NCBI GenBank assembly: GCA_039714655.1
Contig: JBDLIX010000004.1
Coordinates: 21,758-85,757, forward strand
DNA length: 64,000 bases
Direction: 5' to 3'
Source: Bacteroidota bacterium
GTDB lineage: Bacteria > Bacteroidota > Bacteroidia > Bacteroidales > GCA-2748055
Shown here: piece after piece, positions 46,291 to 54,968 of the stretch
Position numbering within the stretch: position 1 is the first letter of the stretch
Layout: each line of letters begins with the position of its first letter
Position numbers and translations under genes: made by a program
The notes under the pieces: model-generated
Databases searched by the model: none
What the model was told of the DNA's origin: nothing
What the model saw: only the letters and a program-made list of their open reading frames with translations

Positions 46291-48490
46291 CAGAGATGGT
46301 GCCATTTGAAGGTATGGTGACTTCAACCTCAACTTCATAGTTGCGATTTAACCTATATTCAGCCGGGGGACCTTCATTCAAGGATATCTTCGCATTTTCT
46401 TCCAAACCTGCGTAATAGAGTGGCAGGGTGATTTTCCTGGTAATAGCTTCATTGGTAGGGTTGTAGATCATGGCATATCCATTGATCTCCTGCTGAGGAT
46501 CCACATGCAGGATGCCATCCCAGTCGCGTCCGTCAGGCCTGCGCAGGTGGATGATGTCTGCATTCAGGATCTCCCGGTATTTTTTGTAGTGTGAGATTTT
46601 ATGGATGACCAGCTCCTTTGTTGCATCTGTATCGTAAAGACGCGGCCCTCTGTAACAGGCCTGTACCCCGGATCCATAATTCTGGGTCATATGTGCATCA
46701 TATTCCCGTAAATGCTCAGCCAATGGCTCTAATGTGGCTTCGGTTCCACCACCATGATACTGGGTAAGTGGTACAAAGGTCCATGCCATGCTGGGTGTCC
46801 TGAGCCAGGTACCATCGTAAATGTTCTGCCGTCCCAGCATAATTTGCTGATCCCGCGGCAGGGACCAGTTGACTTCACGATAGCCAATTCCAATTTTGTT
46901 GGAACCTGCCAGATGGTATATGTCGGGAATGTTGGTGTAAATGCCTCTGGATCGCAGGTATTTATAAAAATCTGTGGTTTGCCGCCACTGTTTCCACTGG
47001 GAGTCGCCATACCCTTCGTGACCGGGATGTTTTGTGGAAGCGCAAAAGTCACCCGGATAGGGGCCATCGTGTTCCAGTACATCAAATCCGGTATTTTCCA
47101 GGAACTGCTCCAGCTTCCTGAAGTAGGCGATTCCCCATTCACTTCCCCCGCAGGGTGCGTTCCCGAACTTGGCTCCTCCTGGCTTTCCAGTAGCGATATC
47201 GATCACATCTGTTTCATCATTGATGCGGCGACTGGAAAATAGAGAATATCCACCGAGCTGAATACCTTTTGTATGCGCATAATCGGCCAGTTCCTTGAAA
47301 TTCCTGATATTTTTACCGGAGAGCTCTTCCATATTCAGGCCACTACCAAAACTGAGGATCACCATTTCATAACCGGTCTCTTCACACTGGTCAATGGCTG
47401 CCTTCACCTTGTTTGGATTTGTGGTGGTCAGGTGCATGAAAATGGGATTCTCAGTCACCCATGGAGCCAGTGTACGGTACATTTTGCGTATGCTCAATCC
47501 ATTTCGCTCCCGGTCGGTACCATCAAGAGCCAACAGATAGGTTCGGAAGCTTTCAAATCTTTCACCTTTCACCAGGGTGTAATCGGGACCGTGTGTTGGC
47601 TGACTTTTGAGAATGGCTGGTGTTTTCATTTCCCAGTTTACCTGGGAAGTGTACTCCGGATCGCTTTCCCAGCTGATGGCGTTGGGTGATTCGATATATG
47701 TGAATCCTCCAAAAGCATAATCATTTTCCAGATAGAGGTTGGGCAGGTCCCATCTTGCGGGCTGGTCAACAAAATTGTTCTTCTCGGGATGCGCAATGAT
47801 CTCACTGGTAAAGTGATTGATTCTAATATCATGATTTCCCTGATTATCAATTGAAATCATCTTACCTATCAATGGCAGGTTGTTATATATCTCATAATGT
47901 ACCTGGACCCTGATTCCCTCCAGGTTTGGATCTTCATGTGCGTAATAAAATACAACCTCTTTGCCCTTTCGCTCCCACTGTGTTGAAGGATTCCAACGAA
48001 CCTGTTTCCATTGAACTTCGGGAGTCAATTCCCTGATCTCAAAATCCTGAAGCAGGAAAGAATTCTCAGTTGCATGCATATCCTCCAGCCATTCATGCAG
48101 AAAGTAACCATGCTCTTTCTGACCCGATAATCCTCCCACGGGGTAGGAGATACCATCGATGGTCACCATGGCTTCAGGCTTCACCGAACGGATATACTCC
48201 TCGCGGGTGACCAGGTTTTTAAGACTGATGGTGGCTGCATTGGGTGAAACTCTGATCCTCCTTGAAATCAGTCCGTTGGAAAGAACCAGCTCCTTATCAC
48301 CTGTCCGGTATATGGCCGCTTCTATTTCGGGATGCGTGATTAGCCAATCTGCATGTGCTGACTGCTGTGGATCTTCCACCTGTACCATTAGTTTTGATTG
48401 GATGGTTGATTGTAACTGTTCAACCTGATAGGGTTGTGACCACATCGGCATGACAATAAACAGGGTAATGAGCAAGGTCAGTATTTTCAT
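46256..48490 (-). CDS. Secreted putative glycoside hydrolase (TIM-barrel, alpha-galactosidase/GH36-like organisation; family uncertain)
   Basis: 744 aa with a signal peptide. An N-terminal beta-sandwich region is followed by a central barrel-like region (EMVILSFGSGLNMEE, IQLGGYSLFS, VLEHDGPYPGD). The family is not resolved by eye. Confidence 0.4.
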   Translation of the reverse strand: MKILTLLITLFIVMPMWSQPYQVEQLQSTIQSKLMVQVEDPQQSAHADWLITHPEIEAAIYRTGDKELVLSNGLISRRIRVSPNAATISLKNLVTREEYIRSVKPEAMVTIDGISYPVGGLSGQKEHGYFLHEWLEDMHATENSFLLQDFEIRELTPEVQWKQVRWNPSTQWERKGKEVVFYYAHEDPNLEGIRVQVHYEIYNNLPLIGKMISIDNQGNHDIRINHFTSEIIAHPEKNNFVDQPARWDLPNLYLENDYAFGGFTYIESPNAISWESDPEYTSQVNWEMKTPAILKSQPTHGPDYTLVKGERFESFRTYLLALDGTDRERNGLSIRKMYRTLAPWVTENPIFMHLTTTNPNKVKAAIDQCEETGYEMVILSFGSGLNMEELSGKNIRNFKELADYAHTKGIQLGGYSLFSSRRINDETDVIDIATGKPGGAKFGNAPCGGSEWGIAYFRKLEQFLENTGFDVLEHDGPYPGDFCASTKHPGHEGYGDSQWKQWRQTTDFYKYLRSRGIYTNIPDIYHLAGSNKIGIGYREVNWSLPRDQQIMLGRQNIYDGTWLRTPSMAWTFVPLTQYHGGGTEATLEPLAEHLREYDAHMTQNYGSGVQACYRGPRLYDTDATKELVIHKISHYKKYREILNADIIHLRRPDGRDWDGILHVDPQQEINGYAMIYNPTNEAITRKITLPLYYAGLEENAKISLNEGPPAEYRLNRNYEVEVEVTIPSNGTISVIISRDPDAIF

Positions 48491-48686
48491 ATATCAAATC
48501 CTCCTTCAGCGTTGTTTCTTTTAACTTGAAATATATTTCCAATAAAGTTAAGATTTACTCCCTAATATTTAAGCTAACTAAAGCCTCCTGGTTTTTAATG
48601 TATTAAATGTCAGGCTGTTAGACTTTGCGTTATTATTTTGAAAACAGTCCTGCTGATTCAAGAACTTGTTTATCTTAGCAAGGACT

Positions 48687-49847
48687 ATGAACAGGATCCG
48701 GGTAGCATTGCTGGTTGATAAAGCCGAATCTTATGATCGGGAACTGATCAGGGGGATTCTTAGGTATTCCAATCTGTCCACGCCATGGGAATTCTTTTTT
48801 CTGGGTCCAGATTATACGGTAGTCAGGGAAAAAGAAAAGATAGTGCTCAAGACGGTAAAGTGGAGTCCGGACTGCATAGTAATGAACGATCGGTTCTCAA
48901 TTCAGGATTTTGAAGAACTAACCGTTCCCATTCTGGTAACCCCTTCAATTCGCAGGATTAATGGTGCAATTAATATCCTTGCCGATGATAGTGAGCTGGG
49001 CAGTATGGCTGCAAAGTACTTTATCGATAAAGGATTCAGTAATCTGGCTTTTTACGGGAGCGACAGAATCTTCTGGTCATACGACCGGAAAGTGGCATAT
49101 AGGAGAACCGTTCTGACAGCAGGACTAAAATTCTATTCAGTCGAATCCTCCCTGTATGATGACTGGCAGTACAATCCTCAGCAACTTGTTCCCTGGTTGA
49201 AAGACTTGCCAAAACCTGTAGCGGTTTTTGCTTGCTCAGATGAGTTTGGCACGCACCTTATTGAGGCTGTACAGATGGCCCGGCTCAAAGTTCCTGATGA
49301 AGTTTCAATCCTTGGAGTGGATAATGATGAATTTGTTTGCGGGTTATATGGTATTCCCATGTCCAGCATCGACCAAAATCCTGAAGCTGTCGGATTCAGA
49401 ATTGCACAACATATCAGGTCATTCATTGTGGACGGCAAAACATTACCGTCTGAGATAGTAGGATCAGATTTCAGGATCATTACGAGGCTTTCCACAGATG
49501 TTTTTGCTATAGATGATCCCCAGTTAAAAACCGCCCTTTCTTTCATCCGTCAGCATTCGGAGACCAGGAGAATTACCGTTGATGATGTGGTGAAAGAGAC
49601 GCATTTATCACGACGGTTGTTGGAAATCCGGTTCCGGAAGGTCCTTAATCGTTCGATACTTGAGGAAGTCAAGCGTGTCCGCATCGGAATAATATGCATG
49701 AGGTTAACAGAAACAGATGATCCGGTCGGTGAAATTGCCAGCCAGATGGATTTCAGTTCACAAGCCGGGTTTTCAAATTTCTTCAAAAAGGAAATGAATA
49801 TCAGTCCGGTTGAATACAGAAAACAGTTCAGGAAGTCGGGGAGATAA
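48687..49847 (+). CDS. XylR-like regulator: periplasmic-binding-protein (LacI-type) sensor domain fused to an AraC-family HTH
   Basis: MNRIRVALLVDKAESYDRELIRGILRYSN is the XylR-type N-terminus. The C-terminal AraC HTH is SQAGFSNFFKKEMNISPVEYRKQF. I prefer the ATG at 48687 over the TTG at 48666. Confidence 0.8.
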   Translation: MNRIRVALLVDKAESYDRELIRGILRYSNLSTPWEFFFLGPDYTVVREKEKIVLKTVKWSPDCIVMNDRFSIQDFEELTVPILVTPSIRRINGAINILADDSELGSMAAKYFIDKGFSNLAFYGSDRIFWSYDRKVAYRRTVLTAGLKFYSVESSLYDDWQYNPQQLVPWLKDLPKPVAVFACSDEFGTHLIEAVQMARLKVPDEVSILGVDNDEFVCGLYGIPMSSIDQNPEAVGFRIAQHIRSFIVDGKTLPSEIVGSDFRIITRLSTDVFAIDDPQLKTALSFIRQHSETRRITVDDVVKETHLSRRLLEIRFRKVLNRSILEEVKRVRIGIICMRLTETDDPVGEIASQMDFSSQAGFSNFFKKEMNISPVEYRKQFRKSGR

Positions 49848-49974
49848 AAGGGATCAGTCACGTATATCATATCGGCAGGTATTCGCAATTGATATAATAA
49901 TTTACGTGATTGGGTAACAGCCTTGGTTTACCGGGAAGTATTTTTATTATTTTAACCTCTTCATATCATACATA

Positions 49975-51489
49975 ATGAGGATCGAAATCTTAACCATACT
50001 GCTGGCCTTTGGTCTATTAGCATGTTCGGATGAAATAAAGCAGGATACAGGACCGGCCAGGGGTCCGGGAAGGCAAAGCGACCTGGAATGCCTGGGAAAG
50101 TTACGTCCACGGCAATCGGAAGAGATCAGCGGTTCAATGTGGGGTATTTCGTGTCACTGGATTGTGGATCCGCATGAACTGACCGCCGGCCAGCAGGTCG
50201 ATCAGCTGGCCCAGCTGGGTGCCAAGTGGGGATTCCTGTGTCCTGACTGGAACCGAATTGAGTCCGAAGAAGGTAAATATGATTTCAATACTCCGGATCA
50301 CCCGCTGGATGAGGCGGTGAATGCCATGATAAAAAGGAAAATTACACCTATCATCCAGATCTACGGCGGCAATCAGATGTATATGCCAGTGGCTCCGGAT
50401 CCCAATAACAGGCAGATGGCCGATGCCTCTTTACTGCTGGATGATCCTGTTGTACGACAGGCATGGCATAGGTATATAGAGGCTATGGCTGAACGGTACA
50501 AAGAGTCTGTAAAGTTCTGGGAAATATGGAACGAGCCCAATAGTGATTATTTCTGGCAAAGGGATGGAGCCTATTTCAGGACACCGGTCAGTGATTACGG
50601 CCGGATTGTAAAGGAAGTGGCGGCTATAATCCGGAGTGTGCAGCCCGATGCAGTGATTATTGCAGGGTCCACTGCTACTGTACATTTGGAATATCTTGAG
50701 GATTTCCTTTCCAGTGAAGGTACAGACTTTTTCGACTATTGGTCAGTCCATCCCTACGGGGAGTTGCCGGAAGCCAGAGACGATGAGATACGTCGTGCAC
50801 AGAAGATCCTTGAAGTCCATGGCAAATCTGCCGTAATGTGGCAAAGCGAATGCGGCTTTCCGTCAGACAAAGATACAGGCGGCTGGGGATGGGGTGGTCC
50901 GTGGGATGAGACAAAGCATGCTAAATGGGTACTACGGCGTCTGTTGTCAGATGCAGCAGCAGGTATGCAGGCCTCGGTCTATTTTGTACTCAACGACTAT
51001 CCTGCATTACTGGAATTAGGACCCGATAAAGGCAAGATGGGGATTAACCGCAAGGGATTGCATTATTTCGGTTCATGGGAGCCAAAACCTGCCGCCTTCG
51101 CATTTCAGAATCTGGCCGGACTTGTGGACAACAGGATGGTGCAAGAACCATATGATGTCAGTATGGAAATTGTCTCACCTGGAAGTACTTTAAGCCTGGA
51201 TAATATCCGGACATATACGCTAAAAGACAGACTTTCAGGTTCTCCCGTCGTGGTCTACTGGCTGGCTGTACCCATGGTGACAGATTTCACTGCTCAGACT
51301 GTACGGATCACGCTGCCTGAGGAGACAATTGATCAACCTGTGCTTGTGGACCTCCTTGATGGCCGTGTTTATGAAGTTCCGGTCAACCATGAAGGAAGTG
51401 CCTTATTCGAGGAACTTCCCCTGGCTGATTCACCCCTTATCCTTTGTAATCGCCGGTTGGTAGAATTGATCCCGGAATCTGCAAAGTAA
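49975..51489 (+). CDS. Clan GH-A (beta/alpha)8 glycoside hydrolase (GH5/GH39-like) lipoprotein
   Basis: 504 aa with the lipobox LLACS. The acid/base motif is FWEIWNEPN and the candidate nucleophile is WQSECGF. Confidence 0.55.
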   Translation: MRIEILTILLAFGLLACSDEIKQDTGPARGPGRQSDLECLGKLRPRQSEEISGSMWGISCHWIVDPHELTAGQQVDQLAQLGAKWGFLCPDWNRIESEEGKYDFNTPDHPLDEAVNAMIKRKITPIIQIYGGNQMYMPVAPDPNNRQMADASLLLDDPVVRQAWHRYIEAMAERYKESVKFWEIWNEPNSDYFWQRDGAYFRTPVSDYGRIVKEVAAIIRSVQPDAVIIAGSTATVHLEYLEDFLSSEGTDFFDYWSVHPYGELPEARDDEIRRAQKILEVHGKSAVMWQSECGFPSDKDTGGWGWGGPWDETKHAKWVLRRLLSDAAAGMQASVYFVLNDYPALLELGPDKGKMGINRKGLHYFGSWEPKPAAFAFQNLAGLVDNRMVQEPYDVSMEIVSPGSTLSLDNIRTYTLKDRLSGSPVVVYWLAVPMVTDFTAQTVRITLPEETIDQPVLVDLLDGRVYEVPVNHEGSALFEELPLADSPLILCNRRLVELIPESAK

Positions 51490-51509
51490 ACGCATACAAC
51501 TGCAAATAA

Positions 51510-52715
51510 ATGAAGAGAAGGCATTTTTTACAGCTGGTTGGTACAGGCTCGGCAGCTGCCGGGGTATTTCCCCTTATCTCCCTGACAGATATAGCTAAAC
51601 TGCATGATTCCATTGAGCCGTTTCGCTTGAAAACCCTGTCTTATATTGAATCGGTATGTATGAAAGATGGTCCGTACGGACAGTACAGGTATTCAGCAAA
51701 TGTAACGAAACCAACGCTCTACAGCTCTTCCTATGCTGCCATGACCCGTCATCTGTACCGCGACCTGGATTCTCTGACTGAACATCAACGTCAGGAGTGG
51801 ATCAACTACCTGCAGTCACATCAGCGAGACGACGGCATGTTTCACGATCCGGTTGTAGATAACGGACAATATATTGCCGACGAACATCTTTCATGGCACG
51901 TAACCACTGCCCTTCATTGCCTGGGAGCGGATGCCCTGAAACCGTTGAGGTGGATCAACAAATACAAAGACAAACGGATTTTGAAGAAATGGCTTGATGA
52001 CCTGGAGTGGGGATTCAGGGTCGATTATACTTCAAACACGGTTCAAAACCTTTGTGTTGCGCTGCAATACGCGAGGGATTTTCACGAGGACGAAGATGCT
52101 GCCGGACCGGTTAACCAGATACTGGATTACCTGGCAAATCGTTTGGACGCAAAGACAGGGCTGTGGGGCGGCAGTGCATATGACCTGAACAAAGAAACCG
52201 ACCTTTCACATGCCATCCAGGCAGCATACCATTTCTGGCTGCTTTGGATCTACGACGGGAAGATGATACCTTTCCCGAAACTTGCAACAGACCATTTGCT
52301 TAGGACGCAAAATAAAAATGGCGGATATGGATGCGGTGTTCATAATTACAAAAATCCTTACAGGAGCAGTGCCTGCGAGGACATCGACTCAATAGATCCG
52401 ATGGTGAGATTGATGCTTTCTACCGGCTATCGCCGCGATGACATCACCAGGTCACTTGAGCGGGCCTTGCCCTGGGTGCTCTCCAAACAGACAGAAAATG
52501 GCAGCTATGTGTTTCTTCCCGGGGAGGAATTTGAATATGGTCATCCCGAGTTGTATGCCGCAAAGGGTGCAGGAGGCATGTTTGCCACCTGGTTCTGTAC
52601 CCTCACACTTGCTTACCTGGCCAAAGGGCTTCCAGGCAGTGTAGTGGGGCGGTATGACTGGCAGTTTGTCAAGAGCCCCGGATCGCATTTCTGGTGTGAT
52701 GTGAAACTAAGCTGA
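51510..52715 (+). CDS. TAT-exported alpha/alpha-toroid protein (prenyltransferase/squalene-cyclase-repeat-like)
   Basis: 401 aa. The twin-arginine signal is MKRRHFLQLVGTGSAAAG. It carries a repeated Q/K-x-x-DG-x-F/Y/W motif (KDGPYGQY, QRDDGMFHD, KTGLWGG, QNKNGGYG, QTENGSYVF). Confidence 0.5.
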   Translation: MKRRHFLQLVGTGSAAAGVFPLISLTDIAKLHDSIEPFRLKTLSYIESVCMKDGPYGQYRYSANVTKPTLYSSSYAAMTRHLYRDLDSLTEHQRQEWINYLQSHQRDDGMFHDPVVDNGQYIADEHLSWHVTTALHCLGADALKPLRWINKYKDKRILKKWLDDLEWGFRVDYTSNTVQNLCVALQYARDFHEDEDAAGPVNQILDYLANRLDAKTGLWGGSAYDLNKETDLSHAIQAAYHFWLLWIYDGKMIPFPKLATDHLLRTQNKNGGYGCGVHNYKNPYRSSACEDIDSIDPMVRLMLSTGYRRDDITRSLERALPWVLSKQTENGSYVFLPGEEFEYGHPELYAAKGAGGMFATWFCTLTLAYLAKGLPGSVVGRYDWQFVKSPGSHFWCDVKLS

Positions 52716-52842
52716 CAGTCTCTTTCGCAATTGCTAAACTAATCTTCATGAAATGAAAACAGTGTCTGTGGGCCATGCATTATTTTTATTTCAATTGCCA
52801 GTAAAACTTAAGGTGTTAATATAAAGACTAAAGATTGAAGAT

Positions 52843-54678
52843 ATGCCGTTATACGAAGATCGAACCAATTCGGAAAACCGAATCAATGTAAAAGAGCAAA
52901 CAAGGAATTCCATTGTTTGCGGGAACAGTCTGGTATCTGAGAAGATCCTGGAGATCATTCAGAAGCTTAATAAAGAAAAAGGGCGTACCGTCAGGGTTGC
53001 TGTGGATGGCTGGTATGGTGTGGATTGGACCGGTATACTCTCTTTGATAAACAATCCGGGAAACGGACTGGATATTCTGGTTGAGAACCTCTCCGGGATT
53101 TTCAAATCGAATGAAGAGATAAACCAGTATAAAAAAGAGTTCCTGACCGATGACCCTGGTTTCGGATGGTCCAATACAGAAGGAAGGATCATGGATATTA
53201 TCGATCCGTCAAGGCTGGATGAATTGAAAAGCAGGCTGGAGTCAGCGAATCAGACTGATGCAATCATTGTTATCGGATACGGTTCCACGATACAGGAACT
53301 GAACGATTCATTTGATATCCGGTTCTATGCAGATATGACCCAGCAACAGATGCTGTGGCAGATGTGGGACGGAAAACTGGTCCCTTTTGGCCGGGATAGA
53401 CCAAAGTCTGATTATTACTGGAAGGAGTACTATTACTGCGATTTCTACCTGCTTCATAACCATAAGCATTTCGCATTCAGCACCATGCAATATTACCTGG
53501 ATGTTACCGACAGTAAGGAAATCAAGCTGCTTCCCAAACCTGCATTTGATGATATTCTCAGTACCATGGTGAAATACCCCGTAAAACAGGTGAAAATATT
53601 CCAGCCTGGACCCTGGGGGGCATACCGCTACAAAGACCTGTTTGACGTCGATGGACTGGAGTGTAATGCCTGGAACGAGCTTGTCGGGCCGGAACTGAAT
53701 ATTCTGATTGATATTGGAGGGGACTGCCTGATTAACATGCCTGTCGCGAACCTCCTGGAGCATGGCAAAGAGTTCGTTGGTCCCTACATTGACAAACATT
53801 TTCCCGGAATGATTCCTTTTGATGTATGGCTTGACGACGGTTATTTTCCGGAACCAGTATCACAGGAACGTAGCAGTATGCCGATTCACAGCCATCCGAG
53901 TATGGATTATGTGAAACACCACTTTAATGAACCATTGGGCCGTTACGAAACCTACTATATCGCTGAAGCCTATGAAGGTGCAAATACGATGATGGGATTT
54001 AAAAAAGATGCCGATCTTGAGGAATGGGAAGCGAAATGCCGGGAGTCATGGGCAAAAAAGGAACCAATTCCGGATTGGAAGGAATACATAAAAATCTGGC
54101 CAACAAATGTGGGTGATCTGTTCCTTATTCCACCCGGAACTACCCACGGACACGGCGGAAATCAAATGGTCCTGGAAATGGATACGGTTTGCAGTCCGTG
54201 TGGCACAGAGTACTCATTTTTTACATACGATTTCATGCGACCGTCTTGGGACGATATGTCCAAAACCATGACTGCAAAACCGATGAATTTACACCTCGAG
54301 CATGGTTTTGACAATGACAAATGGCGGAATGAGGATTATGTTGATGAAAAGTTACGTGTCAGGCAACCCGAGGTGATTAAATGGACCAAAGAATACGCCA
54401 TTGACCGTTATCAAATGATAAAAGAAATGCCATTTGAGATCGAACGGCTTCATTTTACCGAATCTGGCGAGTACGATACACAGGGTTTATACATGCACAT
54501 TCCGACATTAACAGTCGGGAAACGGGTAAAAATACGATCGAAGTTCAACCCTGAATGGGAGGCTGAAATCAATCAGTGGCAGGCATGTATGATCCCCGCA
54601 GGATTTGGCAAATATGAATGTATAAATATGGGAGAAGGTGCTTGTACCCTTGTATTTATAAGGTGGAAAAAAGGATGA
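52843..54678 (+). CDS. Cupin-type sugar isomerase-like protein (type I phosphomannose-isomerase-like C-terminal half)
   Basis: 611 aa. LFLIPPGTTHGHGGNQMVLEMDTVCS..TYDFMRP resembles the PMI type I core. The N-terminal ~250 aa is unassigned. Confidence 0.4.
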   Translation: MPLYEDRTNSENRINVKEQTRNSIVCGNSLVSEKILEIIQKLNKEKGRTVRVAVDGWYGVDWTGILSLINNPGNGLDILVENLSGIFKSNEEINQYKKEFLTDDPGFGWSNTEGRIMDIIDPSRLDELKSRLESANQTDAIIVIGYGSTIQELNDSFDIRFYADMTQQQMLWQMWDGKLVPFGRDRPKSDYYWKEYYYCDFYLLHNHKHFAFSTMQYYLDVTDSKEIKLLPKPAFDDILSTMVKYPVKQVKIFQPGPWGAYRYKDLFDVDGLECNAWNELVGPELNILIDIGGDCLINMPVANLLEHGKEFVGPYIDKHFPGMIPFDVWLDDGYFPEPVSQERSSMPIHSHPSMDYVKHHFNEPLGRYETYYIAEAYEGANTMMGFKKDADLEEWEAKCRESWAKKEPIPDWKEYIKIWPTNVGDLFLIPPGTTHGHGGNQMVLEMDTVCSPCGTEYSFFTYDFMRPSWDDMSKTMTAKPMNLHLEHGFDNDKWRNEDYVDEKLRVRQPEVIKWTKEYAIDRYQMIKEMPFEIERLHFTESGEYDTQGLYMHIPTLTVGKRVKIRSKFNPEWEAEINQWQACMIPAGFGKYECINMGEGACTLVFIRWKKG

Positions 54679-54926
54679 GAGATATTGAACGCATATTTCC
54701 TGACGATGTGTTGACCAAACATGAACGTGTCGAACTGCTCCTTGATCATCAGCCTTTGGACAGGGTGCCGATAAGTATTAATAAATCATGGATAAATCGA
54801 TCATAAAAATGAAAACCACCAGAAAGCTTTTACAAATTGCAAAACAAGCTATTTGTTTTCGATCATGTTGAGGCATCCTTGGAAGAGAACCAAATAAAGA
54901 TCACCAATGCCCTGAAATTGAGATGA
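54675..54926 (+). pseudogene. Remnant of a uroporphyrinogen-decarboxylase (URO-D)-family gene (N-terminal ~40 codons plus a possible C-terminal fragment)
   Basis: The ATG at 54675 overlaps the upstream stop (ATGA). MRDIERIFPDDVLTKHERVELLLDHQPLDRVPI matches the typical URO-D-family N-terminus (..ERV...L.....DRVP). It stops at 54806. A second short frame, 54813-54926, ends in ...FVFDHVEASLEENQIKITNALKLR*. Confidence 0.4.
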
Positions 54927-54968
54927 AAGCTGGAACAAGTAAATTATATCGATTTAATACAGTTGATT

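Noticed and set aside
54618-54674. The upstream part of the 62-aa ORF 54618-54806 (MYKYGRRCLYPCIYKVEKR...)
   Set aside because: This part lies inside the 3' end of the PMI-like gene in another frame and has no family resemblance. The URO-D-like similarity begins at the ATG at 54675.
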